DNA of 64,000 nucleotides, from the NCBI GenBank assembly GCA_963733675.1, contig CAVTET010000001.1, positions 1,088,001-1,152,000 of the forward strand, given 5' to 3'. Of the stretch, positions 23,741-35,593 are shown in pieces. A model generated the notes under the pieces. The model made no database searches. It was not told the DNA's origin and saw only the letters and a program-made list of their open reading frames with translations. Positions within the stretch are counted from its first letter, which is position 1; each line of letters starts with the position of its first letter. The DNA is from an uncultured Methanosarcinaceae archaeon. Its GTDB lineage: Archaea; Halobacteriota; Methanosarcinia; Methanosarcinales; Methanosarcinaceae. A program made the translations under genes and the position numbers.

Positions 23741-25465
23741 TCATTTTTTTATATTTTTACTTAAGTCAATTTCATTTGAACCATTAATAATTGTGAAATC
23801 ACTAATTATAAGTTCAATGTTTTTACCATCGGTTGGAGGCTGATTCCAATCCCACAACCATAGATTAATTAAGATATTCGCAGGATCCTGAGGGATTCCA
23901 GAAACATTTGTATAATTATAGTCTGCTATAATTTTTCCGTTTTCCTGCACAGATGTAAATCTTACATATTTGGGTTTCCATTCAAGAGTATATGTTGTGT
24001 TTGTACCGTTAGTGTCTGGAACCGCATACGCATGAGCATTGCCTTCAATTTTAGTAGGCTGTACAGTGTATGTCAGTTGATCTCCGTTTGTCTTACCCCA
24101 TGTTGAAGCTTCAATATCTAATTCATTATTATCGTCTAAATAGGTAAAAAATCCGACCACACTTTTATTATCAAATGTATAAATAGGTGAAGCTACCTTC
24201 CATATGAAAGTACCATAACGATATTTGTATTGACTATTCAACATCGTACATTTCCATACATCCCCGTCCTTTACAATTGTCAAGTGCATCCTGTTTTTGT
24301 CATCTATCCATGCGCCAGTCTTATTCCAGTAATTATTAATAGGATCCGATCTACCTTTAATCACGTACCAATTTAACCCTTTCCAGTAAATTACCCCATT
24401 TGTAGGATATTTATTCACTCCTTTATCAACTGTCCATACAGCATTTTCCTGAGTTGCTTGTGTATAAAACAATGTCCAAATTCCGTTAGTATCTTTTGCA
24501 GGGATCCACAATTTCAAGAAATTTCCATCATCACTAAAAACACCTGCACTGCGATCTAATTGAATATCCTTATACATCGCACATGATGGATCACTGATTT
24601 GTAGCAGTGGTAAACCTTGAACCGTGAAATTATCCGTATAGTTATTTGCAGTCGCAAGATACAAATTATAATTAGGTTCGTCGAATACATTATCAACAGG
24701 TTTGTCGAATCTAAATAATGCATATATTGTTGAGTTTCCTGGATAATTCATCGTATTCATAAGCAAGGGTTGGTAGTCGCTTGATTGACCAACTTTTTGC
24801 TTATTACTAAAATTCATACCATCAGTGGAAGTGTATCTGTATATAACATGAGGTTTTTGATCGATATCAACAAGCCACATGTAATAAGTTCCTGTGGAGT
24901 TATCATATAGAACAGAGGGGGATATACCATGGGCAGTGACATTCATTTCAGATGAAACAGTACTACCATCATATGTTCTAACTTTCGGATCTTCTATAGT
25001 TACGTTACCAACTGCATCCTCAATTACATAGTAGCACATAAGTTTTTGAGTAATAGGATCATATACGATATCAGGATGAGATCCATAAGCTTTTGAGTCA
25101 TAATCAGATTTTATTGGCGTTCCAATAGGATTTGTCACTCCTGATGGTACATTCCAAATTAGTCCATCATCAGAATAGTACAAACATGCATTTTTAGAGG
25201 TACCATTCAAATCTGGAAAGGGAGTAATAAACATCCACCATTTATGACCAAATACACCAGATGCATTGTAATAGACATCAGGATGATTGAACTGGTTATA
25301 TCCGTATGGATCAGGTATCGATATGGGAAGTCGGTTTGATGTGTTTAGAAGAGTACCATTTTCACTTTTATTTTCGTGGGATCTTACTTCTGGTAATGCA
25401 CCTGAGATACAGCCAGAAACAAGAAGCAATAATGTTATGACAACGATTCCAATTTTATAATGCAT
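23741..25465 (-). CDS. Secreted lipoprotein with putative beta-propeller region and C-terminal GH16-like domain
   Basis: Lipobox LLLVSGC; HPDV/HPDI and SDDG..W repeats; YGTF.W and ELDIE motif. Confidence 0.7.
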   Translation of the reverse strand: MHYKIGIVVITLLLLVSGCISGALPEVRSHENKSENGTLLNTSNRLPISIPDPYGYNQFNHPDVYYNASGVFGHKWWMFITPFPDLNGTSKNACLYYSDDGLIWNVPSGVTNPIGTPIKSDYDSKAYGSHPDIVYDPITQKLMCYYVIEDAVGNVTIEDPKVRTYDGSTVSSEMNVTAHGISPSVLYDNSTGTYYMWLVDIDQKPHVIYRYTSTDGMNFSNKQKVGQSSDYQPLLMNTMNYPGNSTIYALFRFDKPVDNVFDEPNYNLYLATANNYTDNFTVQGLPLLQISDPSCAMYKDIQLDRSAGVFSDDGNFLKLWIPAKDTNGIWTLFYTQATQENAVWTVDKGVNKYPTNGVIYWKGLNWYVIKGRSDPINNYWNKTGAWIDDKNRMHLTIVKDGDVWKCTMLNSQYKYRYGTFIWKVASPIYTFDNKSVVGFFTYLDDNNELDIEASTWGKTNGDQLTYTVQPTKIEGNAHAYAVPDTNGTNTTYTLEWKPKYVRFTSVQENGKIIADYNYTNVSGIPQDPANILINLWLWDWNQPPTDGKNIELIISDFTIINGSNEIDLSKNIKK

Positions 25466-26559
25466 ATGTTATTTTCTCCGTAATGTACGAATGTTTACGC
25501 GGTTGAATTAAAAACAACAGCAGTAAATTCTCATCTATATAGTGTGCAATTAATATAAAGGGACTTCATATACTTGATTTTATCCCTCAAAAAAACTTGA
25601 TATAATTCTTTGAGTTTTGGATTGGCTGCAGTCAATGACAATGAAACTGATGGTCAATTTTCATCATCCCAGAAGATATTAAAACAATCTTCTAATAAAG
25701 GCTTTAAAACAGCTTATGAAGTGTATAAAACAGAGATATACCTAAATTGAACGTCATTAATTATATTGTGAATTCTACTTTCCCCATTCTCTGAATCATA
25801 TAGCTTGGCATTATCTGTTGAGTCTAGAGCATCAAGTTACTATCATCATATAAGATAAATTTAGCATCTCAAAATAATTGAACATAATCAGCATTATTTG
25901 CACATTTCGAGCAACATGGAGGATAAGTTTGAGAGTTTTGAAAAATATAAAACTCGTAACTCACATATTTAGTTACGTTTTTGTACAAAATATATAGATA
26001 TTATCTCATTTTAATCAGATTATGAACTGGGATATTCTAATACGCATGATATTTATTGCTAAGGCGAAAATTTGTTCCTACGAAAAAAACGAACCTATGA
26101 AACTTCAAGCCTATTATTAATTAAATATGATTTGAGTCTAGCTAAAGTAGTAGAAAATTTTCCGCCTACATATCAAAGATTTATCCTTCGAGAAAGTGTA
26201 CTGAGGAAAAAGATTTTCTCAACCTTGAATGTAAATCTGTCAAGGAGTAAAATCTCATTTAACAGGAGGAAAATTTTCTGATTTAAGGGGAATACTTTCA
26301 GAGCCAATGACAAACGATGATGATTATTATCGCACTATGCAAACAAAAGGCATAATTCAATTGCCAATGAGAAATTCAATATATTTTATTCCGAGTCAGA
26401 ATTTTTATCCTAGATCAAAAAACTAATGAAGCACTCAAATATGAATTATATCTCTTCAATTCAAAAGGATCCTAAATTCCAATCATCCAATCGTCACAAA
26501 TGATGATAGTAGTTCTTTTGTGGATTCAAATAATCCAGATGATGGGCAATCGAGGGTCC

Positions 26560-26990
26560 AAAACCAGTTAAATTTACAAGTGATCCAGAAGCCAAGATCA
26601 ACATCTGGAAATGTTATACTGAAAACGAAGAGTTCTATGGATATGATTTTGGTATTACACAAAATACATACTCTTTCCTAAAATAATTATTTGATTTTGA
26701 TAGATATATATATAAACAAAACTATTTTCCCACTGGACTGAACCACATGGTACAAATTAAAAAAAACAGAGAAATTTTATCAAAAAACAAGCATTGTTTA
26801 TAAATATTATTTTATCCTCCAACTACACTAGAAAGAAACCCACTTGAATATTGTTGGAAAACGAAAATAAAGATGTTAACATCAAGAAGATCATTCAAAA
26901 ATGTTAAAATATAACTGAGAAAAACGGAATGAATTTTGTGAAAAGTACACACTCACACGTAAAATGTGGTATTATTTAAATACCGACTAT
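26560..26990 (+). pseudogene. Probable IS630-family transposase remnant
   Basis: Degenerate LILI and YPPTTLERNPLEYCWK (cf. LP.YSP.LNPIE..W) pieces. Confidence 0.5.
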
Positions 26991-27225
26991 AATTCAATGA
27001 AAAATATGCATAATTTCTACTTCAAAACTCTACAATATTGAATTTTATAGAGGCGATTACTAAAAAATGGAATTCAAATTTTGGATAATTTTTTTATAAA
27101 CTATTGAGGAATAAGTGTGGACAAATAAATAATAGCCAGTAGGACCACAGCAAACCTGGACTACTGATAAATTAATAAAAGTTATATATTTTAATGTTAT
27201 ATGACGTATACGAGGTATTTTTAAT

Positions 27226-27339
27226 ATGGATACTGCTACTGCTACATCCTGGATTGATGTATTAATAAGTATTATTGTTGTTTGTGGTCTATTTGGTGTT
27301 CTTGCTAATATTGTTTATTTTTATAATCAAGGGCATTAA
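27226..27339 (+). CDS. Candidate 37-aa single-TM small protein
   Basis: MDTATATSWIDVLISIIVVCGLFGVLANIVYFYNQGH; GAGGT SD and AAAAGTTATATAT BRE/TATA-like sequence at ~27177-27189. Confidence 0.55.
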   Translation: MDTATATSWIDVLISIIVVCGLFGVLANIVYFYNQGH

Positions 27340-27875
27340 GATTTTCCAAAATAAATACTTAAACAGAGAATTACAATTGCAACAGCAAGGATAAGTTACT
27401 GGAAGTTGTAAACAAAAGAGTTCTTATCAAATGTAAACAACAAAGTAGATGAATCCATTTTATGTATATAGGCAATAGCTATGGGAGCAACTTGATAGTG
27501 TTTGCCGTATAATAAGTCTTTTAATTCATCTAATATTAGCCAAGTGTTTTCTGTCTAAATGTTATACTGTAACACTTGGTTAATGTATTAATTTGAATCA
27601 GATTTTTATGATATTATCATCTCATAATTTGGCAAGGTATAAATCTTGAATATGTATAACTTGCTGATAAAATTCGCTAACCACTTTCGTTTTTCACTTA
27701 ACAATACGTATCTCGGCCAAACAGATCGGGACATATTCATGAGTTGTTAAAAATAGTAAACATAAGACTATCTACACATTTTTTCAAAAAAGAGAGCTAT
27801 AAGACATTTCGCAGATGTATACATATGCAGAATTTGTTCGGCTATTTGTTATCACTATGATTCATTGAAGATTAG

Positions 27876-27963
27876 TAGGATTTCATAAAGCCTAAATTTC
27901 ATTATATGCGCACAAATGGTATATTAATAGCTCTTGAAAATCAGATGTTTATCGAAATCCTCA
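27876..27963. mobile_element. MITE-like repeat, family B copy 2
   Basis: TAGGATTTCATAAAG...GAAAATCAGATGTTTATCGAAATCCTCA. Confidence 0.65.
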
Positions 27964-28055
27964 AAATTTACTTTTGAGATGATACATGAATGAGGCAGAG
28001 GCATCTAAACAAATTGCATAAATATTCAAAATTAATTTCAATGATTTATTAAAAC

Positions 28056-29335
28056 TTATAATAAGCTATGTATATAATATATGCTTGTATCCCCGTTCGA
28101 ATATAATCTATCAACTGAAACATCTTCCTCCAGTTTTTTAAAATCTTTTTGATGAAATCTTCCAACAACATTCCAGACAGTTTCATAAATCATTTTGTCA
28201 AACATTGTCATCATGAAATATTCGTTCTGAGTATAAGAATTCCCAAGATTATTTGATAGAGTATAATTAAAATGATCCTTAATGTTTGCCTCTTTATAAG
28301 AAAATCCAAACAATTTTCCAGCTTCAACATGGCCCAACGAACCTGCTAAAAATCTATATACTGGACTCATTATATAAACACTATTGATAGCAGAATTTTT
28401 GAAATTTAAGAGCCATTTAGCCCCATTCATATCCATTTGTGTAATTTATAATCACACAAACTATTGGTGCAAGATTAAACTTATGAATTATCATTTTTCT
28501 AGTAATAATGTATGATAACACAAAACCAGCGAATATCGGAGTGAAGATTAATAAATATGCTTGCAACCTATCTGAACCCATTGCTTGTAGACCTGGAATA
28601 ATATTAAACAAATAAAATGTGTACATTAGTCCAATAAACAATGTGATATTCAGTAATATTATCAAATTTTTATTGTTTTTTCTATAATTGGAATATTTCA
28701 ATAATAATACAAAGCTAAGGAAAAAAATATTAAAAAGATAAAATGCTGACCCATAAGTTTAATAAATAATTCTAGAAACTCTAATTTAGTCAAACTCAAT
28801 TTACCAACTGTGCTACTCATCGAAGAAATTACATTTGTACTTGAACCTGCGATAATAGAATAATACATCATTTTTATATTTAGATTAAACTTTTGGAATG
28901 ATAGTATCCAAGGAAGAAATATAGCTGTTTCAAGTAAGATAGGTGTCAATGGGAAAGAAGACGTAATTAATAAAATCTTTTTATTTTCAAATATAGGAAT
29001 CAAAAATTCAATTGATCCAATAACAACTAGCATTAATATTAATACCACTGTGGATAGCGGATGGAAAAAAGGATACAATATTAATGTAATTAGAAATAAT
29101 ATCGTATATTTCATAGAGTATTTTTTTGTTAGTGATTTAAAATAGAAGAATAACACAATAGGCAAATATAAAAGAGACCAGCCATTTGGCATAAGATAGA
29201 CATCGTAGCCACTAAAAAACACACAAGCAATTGAAGTAACAGCTAAAATTTGTTCTTTTTTGTAACTAATGAAGAAGTTGCCAATAAATAGATAGATATT
29301 ACATAGAAAACTGAAATTAAGGCAGTACTATGGTT
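28056..29335 (-). pseudogene. Fragmented polytopic membrane protein (glycan-locus type), 5' end lost at IS6
   Basis: Three consecutive frameshifted hydrophobic ORFs with FFHPLST and the C-terminal RLYSNG motif. Confidence 0.75.
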
Positions 29336-29482
29336 GGTTCCGTTGCAAAAAATTCAAAAAAATATGTAAATCTATAGGTAATGAATAAAAATCAGAATAT
29401 TCAAAGAAAATGCACTAACATTATAAAACTATACCAAACAATTGATTAATGTATTTGACTTCATTAAGAACAGAGTAATTTA
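29336..29482 (-). mobile_element. Partial IS6 (right end only)
   Basis: TIR plus last transposase codons, cut by the next IS6 TIR at 29483. Confidence 0.9.
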
Positions 29483-30324
29483 GGTTCCGTTGCAAAAACT
29501 TCAACAAAATATGTAAATCTATAAATAATGAATAAAAATCAAAACATTCAAGGAAAATGTACTAACATTATAAAACTATACCAAATAATTGATTAATGTA
29601 TTTGACTTCATTAAGAACAGAGTAATTTAGATCGATTACTTGTCCTTTTTTGATCATATTTATAGCTTCAATTCCTTTTAAAGTCTTATTAACAGATCGA
29701 AAAGACTGAAATCCTAACATTGGATTAACGATTCTCTTTATAGATCTGTGATCTTGTTCTATAATGTTATTCAAATACTTGAGCTTTTTTAAACAAGTTC
29801 TTCTCATTTTTCAGTTCATCTATAGCAGGTGGATAAGCTGGATTCTTATCAACGGTTATTAATCTTGGAATTTGATTATGATTAGAACTTAAAGCTTTCT
29901 TAAAGAATCTCTTCGCTGCCTTTCTATCTCGTTTTGAACTTAACATGAAATCAATTGTGCCTCCATCCGAGTCAACTGCTCGGTAAAGATATTTCAATTT
30001 ACCTTTTACTTTGATATAGTTTTAATCAACCCCCCATGAATCATTTGTTGGTCTTAAATGCCTTCTTATCCTCTTTTCTATCTCAGGTGAATATTGATGT
30101 ACCCATCTCATGATTTTTGTATGGTCGACTTTTATTCCTCTTTCTATCATCATTTTCTTTAAATTTCTATAGCTCAATGGATATTTTAAGTACCATCTTA
30201 CTGTTTGCAGAATGATCTCGCCTACAAATTGTTTCCATTTAAAGGCATTTAATGGCATATTATATACTCTTAAAATTATATTTATTTCATAGTATCGATC
30301 TCATATTTTTTTTGCAACGGAACC
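29483..30324 (-). mobile_element. IS6-family element, defective (TAA plus frameshift), variant left end
   Basis: TIRs at both ends; three ORF pieces; N-terminus MPLNAFKWKQFVGE. Confidence 0.95.
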
Positions 30325-30831
30325 TTCCTTTCTACCGGAGGGAAAGTTGAGAACTCAAAATACCTGCAAAACTCACTTATTAGGCTGAAAGTTCTACAAA
30401 AAAGAGTAAGTAGAAAAGTTAAGGATTCGAAAAATAAGAATAAAGCAAAACTGCATCTGTCTAAACTCCATGAAAAAATAAGCAATCAGAGAAACGATTT
30501 CCAGCATAAAATTTTATTTAGAATAATTAACGAGAACCAAGCTATTGCGCTGGAAACTTTGAATGTTAAAGGGATGCAAAAGAATCAGTGTTTAGCACAG
30601 GTTATAGGATATTCTGCTTGAAGTAGTTTTGTAGCAAAGTTGGAATATAAGGGCGAATGGTTAGGAAAAATTATTCTTCGAATAGGACAGTTTAAACCAT
30701 TTTCTAAACTTTGTAATGTTTGCGGATTCCATAATTCGAATCTAACCTTGAAAGATAGAGAATGGATATGTACCGATTGCAAGACAAAGCATGGTAGATA
30801 TATAAACGCAGCAATCAATATCAATAAATTC
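30325..30831 (+). pseudogene. TnpB (IS200/IS605) C-terminal fragment
   Basis: LSTGGKVENSKYL...IALETLNVKGMQKN...SKLCNVCG...WICTDC...NAAINI; one internal TGA. Confidence 0.9.
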
Positions 30832-31672
30832 GGTTCCGTTGCAAAAAATCCTTTCTAATGATACAATAGAATAAAAAGAAAACCAAAGATAGTAACATGC
30901 TATCTAATTCCTTTAAATGGAAACAATTTGTAGGCGAGATCATTCTGCAAACAGTAAGATGGTACTTAAAATATCCATTGAGCTATAGAAATTTAAAGAA
31001 AATGATGATAGAAAGAGGAATAAAAGTCGACCATACAAAAATCATGAGATGGGTACATCAATATTCACCTGAGATAGAAAAGAGGATAAGAAGGCATTTA
31101 AGACCAACAAATGATTCATGGGGGGTTGATTAAAACTATATCAAAGTAAAAGGTAAATTGAAATATCTTTACCGAGCAGTTGACTCGGATGGAGGCACAA
31201 TTGATTTCATGTTAAGTTCAAAACGAGATAGAAAGGCAGCGAAGAGATTCTTTAAGAAAGCTTTAAGTTCTAATCATAATCAAATTCCAAGATTAATAAC
31301 CGTTGATAAGAATCCAGCTTATCCACCTGCTATAGATGAACTGAAAAATGAGAAGAACTTGTTTAAAAAAGCTCAAGTATTTGAATAACATTATAGAACA
31401 AGATCACAGATCTATAAAGAGAATCGTTAATCTAATGTTAGGATTTCAGTCTTTTCGATCTGTTAATAAGACTTTAAAAGGAATTGAAGCTATAAATATG
31501 ATCAAAAAAGGACAAGTAATCGATCTAAATTACTCTGTTCTTAATGAAGTCAAATACATTAATCACTTGTTTGGTATAGCTTTATAATGTTAGTACATTT
31601 TCCTTGAATATTTTGATTTTTATTCATTATTTATAGATTTACATATTTTGTTGAAGTTTTTGCAACGGAACC
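30832..31672 (+). mobile_element. IS6-family element, defective (same lesions as the 29483 copy)
   Basis: TIRs; GGGGTTGATTAA nonsense and the shared frameshift. Confidence 0.95.
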
Positions 31673-33220
31673 AATATTTCTTTGCTTTGCAGTGTATCTC
31701 TCTGGCTCTGTGTATTCGATGAGTTTTCCATCTTCAAGTACGGATATCGAGCCATGCCCACAGAAGATCAAGCATTTTTTCCCCTTTCCTGTGAGCCTTT
31801 CATCGATTTCGGAGATAAGGGAATGAAGGGCATTTCGCTCTTCCCGAGCAAGCTTACTGTCAACATTTACAGAGGTCATAAGGTAATCAGCGAGCAAGTT
31901 ATATTCCGTCCTATCAGAGCTCAAACTTTTAAAATTGATGATAGCATCCTCAGGGAAAATCAACCCCTCTTCAGGGCAAAGATAGAAAACTTCCCCATGC
32001 ATATGCCCTCCCAATCCTGCAAGGGCTTCAAAGTTCAAATCTCCGATGTGAAACCGAGCAATTATAGAGAAAGCCCCTCGTTTTTCAATGTTTTCATCCG
32101 ATGCTGAGATTTCAGGAAAAAGCACTACATTCGAAGGCGGAGTAAACTTGGAAAAAAGATTGATTATTTTCGTATAGACTTCTTCAAGAATACATCCCTG
32201 ATTGCAGGATCCGTATGCTCTGCTTGTTTCCTGTGTAATCAAAAGAGTTTCATGATTAAGATAAGAAGGGGCAGAAAAAAAGCCTGCGGCTCCACAGTGA
32301 TCTGCATCAGCATGGGTAATGTAAATCCTTTTGAGCAGGCTTAAATCCCCAAGCCTGTAGTGCTGGAGCATAGTCACAACGTCCTGGTAATAGACGCCAT
32401 AACCTGTATCAATCATGATCCTTTCGGAAGGGGTATCGAAAAGGTAGATATTTCCCCCGCATGGAAGCTGAAAACAAAATAGTTCGACGTCATTTTTAAT
32501 TAGTATTCGCTGCACATCAGCATAAAAGTTTTCCCCCGAAGTCCGGTTCAGGAAGTCCCCTATTTTCAGGATGTTTTCAAAGACCTCAACAGGATCTTTC
32601 CGAAGGTTTGAAAGTTCCTGTGCAATATGGTTAATGTCGTGCAAAAATCTCATCAGAAATGCATCTTCAGCACTTCCAATAAAAGATCTAAGTTTTTGAG
32701 CCAGCCTTAGATAAAATACCGTGTCATCAAGTTTCTCACCGGTTGTGTCGTACTCGATAATCTCTAGCCTGTACCGTGATTTGAGCTGGTTTAGAAGGTA
32801 ATCGATTAGGCTGGTATTTTCAATATTAAGACCTACAACAAGTCTTTCAGGATGCTGCCCCCGATCATCAAAATCAAGAAAAGTGATATTTGCCCCCGAT
32901 GAAGTAATATAATTAAGGAAATCGAATAAGGCGCCAGAACAGTTCGGGAGATATACATAGAATTTTAGAAAAGCTACATGCTGGAGGGAAGTCTGGAGAT
33001 AACCTATTTTTTCCAGTTCCTCACTGATTTTGCCATAAACCTGTGGAACAGCGGTCACTTCAAAAAAAACAGTATGTCTGTCGATCCTGCGGTCATATTG
33101 AATTCTATTAATATTTCCTTCGTACCGGCTTATTATCTCGGCTGCCCTGTGCAATGCTCCTGGTCTGTCAGGCATGCAGGCGATAAAAGAAAAATGTTCC
33201 ATTCGATGTCCCCTGATCAA
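31631..33220 (-). CDS. ACT-domain plus metallo-beta-lactamase-fold hydrolase; stop codon lies inside IS6
   Basis: MPDRPGAL ACT motif, IDTG, THADADHCG, CGHG; last 13 codons derive from the IS6 end. Confidence 0.85.
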   Translation of the reverse strand: MIRGHRMEHFSFIACMPDRPGALHRAAEIISRYEGNINRIQYDRRIDRHTVFFEVTAVPQVYGKISEELEKIGYLQTSLQHVAFLKFYVYLPNCSGALFDFLNYITSSGANITFLDFDDRGQHPERLVVGLNIENTSLIDYLLNQLKSRYRLEIIEYDTTGEKLDDTVFYLRLAQKLRSFIGSAEDAFLMRFLHDINHIAQELSNLRKDPVEVFENILKIGDFLNRTSGENFYADVQRILIKNDVELFCFQLPCGGNIYLFDTPSERIMIDTGYGVYYQDVVTMLQHYRLGDLSLLKRIYITHADADHCGAAGFFSAPSYLNHETLLITQETSRAYGSCNQGCILEEVYTKIINLFSKFTPPSNVVLFPEISASDENIEKRGAFSIIARFHIGDLNFEALAGLGGHMHGEVFYLCPEEGLIFPEDAIINFKSLSSDRTEYNLLADYLMTSVNVDSKLAREERNALHSLISEIDERLTGKGKKCLIFCGHGSISVLEDGKLIEYTEPERYTAKQRNIGSVAKTSTKYVNL

Positions 33221-33303
33221 AAAGCCTTATTTCTGATAACTTAGAATAAATCCTGTTTTACCTTAAGCTTTCCTGTTGATGTCAAAGAAAAAAAACAGAA
33301 GTT

Positions 33304-33741
33304 TCATAGTTCAATCAGAATAGGCGAAAGCCCAAGATTTTTAAAAATTTCAGTGATCTCACCAATAGGGCTTTTTCTCCTGTAAAAAAGGTGAGAATTG
33401 CAGGTACAATCCGTACACCCAAAATCGGAAACGTATTCCTCTCCTATCCTGCTGGCAAGTGCGCATTTAAGTCTTGTAGAGGTAATGGCATAAACTGTCG
33501 AAACCAGCTTGAAAGAAGGATTTAGGTGGAGATAATCTACGTGCCATCTGGGATTTTTGTCTTTGTTCCCAAAAAAGTTAATGTGTCTTTTTACTCTTTT
33601 CAGACCTCCCGACCCAAGGGCTGAACCAACGTATATATGAAAGCTTGAAGCGAATGAGAACTCACCTTTTTTCCCTACTTCAAATTTACAATCCTGGTTT
33701 TCAAATATGAGACAGCAAATCCCTTTTTCGGAAAACTCCAT
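33304..33741 (-). CDS. GIY-YIG (DUF123/Uri-type) nuclease
   Basis: YVGSALG, RWHVDYL, FGCTDCTCNSHLFY. Confidence 0.85.
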   Translation of the reverse strand: MEFSEKGICCLIFENQDCKFEVGKKGEFSFASSFHIYVGSALGSGGLKRVKRHINFFGNKDKNPRWHVDYLHLNPSFKLVSTVYAITSTRLKCALASRIGEEYVSDFGCTDCTCNSHLFYRRKSPIGEITEIFKNLGLSPILIEL

Positions 33742-35112
33742 TTCAAGACCTCATTTTATTATCTGAAATCTGAAAGTATTTTTCAAGCAAAGTTCTGACC
33801 ATTTCCTCAAGTTTTTCTTTTTCCTTAATGAGCCTTAGTCCAGGAAGCAGGAGCCTCGACTATCTCATCATGAAAATGCTTCTCATAATTAGGACAAATC
33901 CAGTATGTAGTAGTGCAATTAATGGTGACTATAGTTCGTTTTTTAAGGTACTAAGTCGTATAACTGGAATTTATTCTATAAGTAAAATAGACATAACAGC
34001 ACCAAAAAATGTTTTTATCACTCAATCAGTGTACGGTATTTGTCCCCATTCCAAAATATACCGTGCAAGTGAATGATTTGCCAAAACTGCAAATATCGCT
34101 ATTATACGAGTGATATCAATCCAGTTTATGAGTTCTGTCATTTTTATCAACTATGCTTTCTCCACGATTAATAATATTTTTACTTGCAATTGGGTACTTC
34201 ACTATTTTAGGATCTCAAATTGTCAACGGTAATTGTCGGACAGCCTGTTTAGGATGGGGTGGCCGCCCACAATTTGATTTTTATAGAGAAACTATTTATG
34301 ATATGGCTGTATAGAATATATAAAATCATGAAGTTGTGCGGAAGTATATCTTGCCTCATGAAGTAATAAATAAACAGAAAAACAATCTAAAATGAAAATA
34401 AACTGACTTATTTAAAAACAATCATTTATGCGTTTCTTTGTACTACTAAGCTTGTGGATGGGGAAGTAATAGTGCAAAAAAATAGTAGTGAAAGTTGACG
34501 TTGAGAATATTCTGATTGTGGTTCTGGTTAATTAGTTTCAGGTGTTCCATGAGCTCCAAATGCTCTATGAGTTCAGAAGTTACATGAGTCATAGATCAAC
34601 AATGTTTTCTTATTTCTAATGGAACTTAAAAATTTCATAGATTTTATCACAAAAACTGTGCATAAACTAGAGGGAAAATTTCAAAGAAATCCAATAAATA
34701 ATTAAAATTTTTCAATTGAGAATTAAAATTATAGATCTGTTTAAGAAAAAGATTGTACTTTTTGAAACTTTTTATTATTTTCTGGGTTTTTGATTGATTG
34801 CAGTCAATTGCGAGTGGAATTAATGGCAAATTTTGGTGATCCCAGAAAATATTGAAAATTTCATCGATAGCAAAGGCTATATGGTACTTTTAAATTGATT
34901 GAGCATTTGCATTCTTGCCGTCCAAAATATTAAAGATTAAGTATCCAACTAATTAAACATTTTTACATCTGTAGATACAACTCGTGTAAGCATACGTTCA
35001 CATCGCCATCATTGAAACTGAAAGAAACTTTTAAAAGGAGACGGAGAATGTACTTGTCCGTATATGTTTTGAAGAGAGTGTCATAAGAGAAGCAGTTAAG
35101 CGAGATGATACG

Positions 35113-35292
35113 ATGACTAAAAAAGGTAGTTTTTTAATCCCACCGCCCACATTGCGCGAACTGACAAGAAGCAAGCAAGAAGAAGACATGGTGACCGCTG
35201 AACAAGAATATAAGCATGCTGAGAACGGAAGTAAATCATCCAAGCCTGCTAACAAAAAACAAAAGGAAGACAGAATTTTCTCTTTTGAATAA
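35113..35292 (+). CDS. Candidate 59-aa hydrophilic small protein
   Basis: MTKKGSFLIPPPTLRELTRSKQEEDMV...RIFSFE; just below the ORF-track cutoff. Confidence 0.35.
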   Translation: MTKKGSFLIPPPTLRELTRSKQEEDMVTAEQEYKHAENGSKSSKPANKKQKEDRIFSFE

Positions 35293-35489
35293 GTTGTGAT
35301 TTTCAGTAGAAAATAGAGAAAATATCTCAGGATTGTACAAGCACTTTGCCTAAAAATATGAATGATTCGACTGAAATAAATTGCAACATCTGCAAGAATG
35401 AATTAATTCAAAGATGTCAAGTTAATAAAGTTAAGAGTCTTCATTGCTTTGTAATGAGCTGAGGACTTATATATACAGTCGGCGAATGT

Positions 35490-35592
35490 CTAAGTGATCA
35501 AAGAAGACTTCGAGAATTTTGAAAGGTTTAAAAGATAGTTTACTCAGGTCGCATCAAGTGTTGAAGGTTCCGGTTGGGCAGCGTTTTCCTTT
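35490..35592 (+). pseudogene. Fe/Mn superoxide dismutase internal fragment
   Basis: IKEDFENFERFKR*FTQVASSVEGSGWAAF. Confidence 0.75.
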
Positions 35593-35593
35593 A

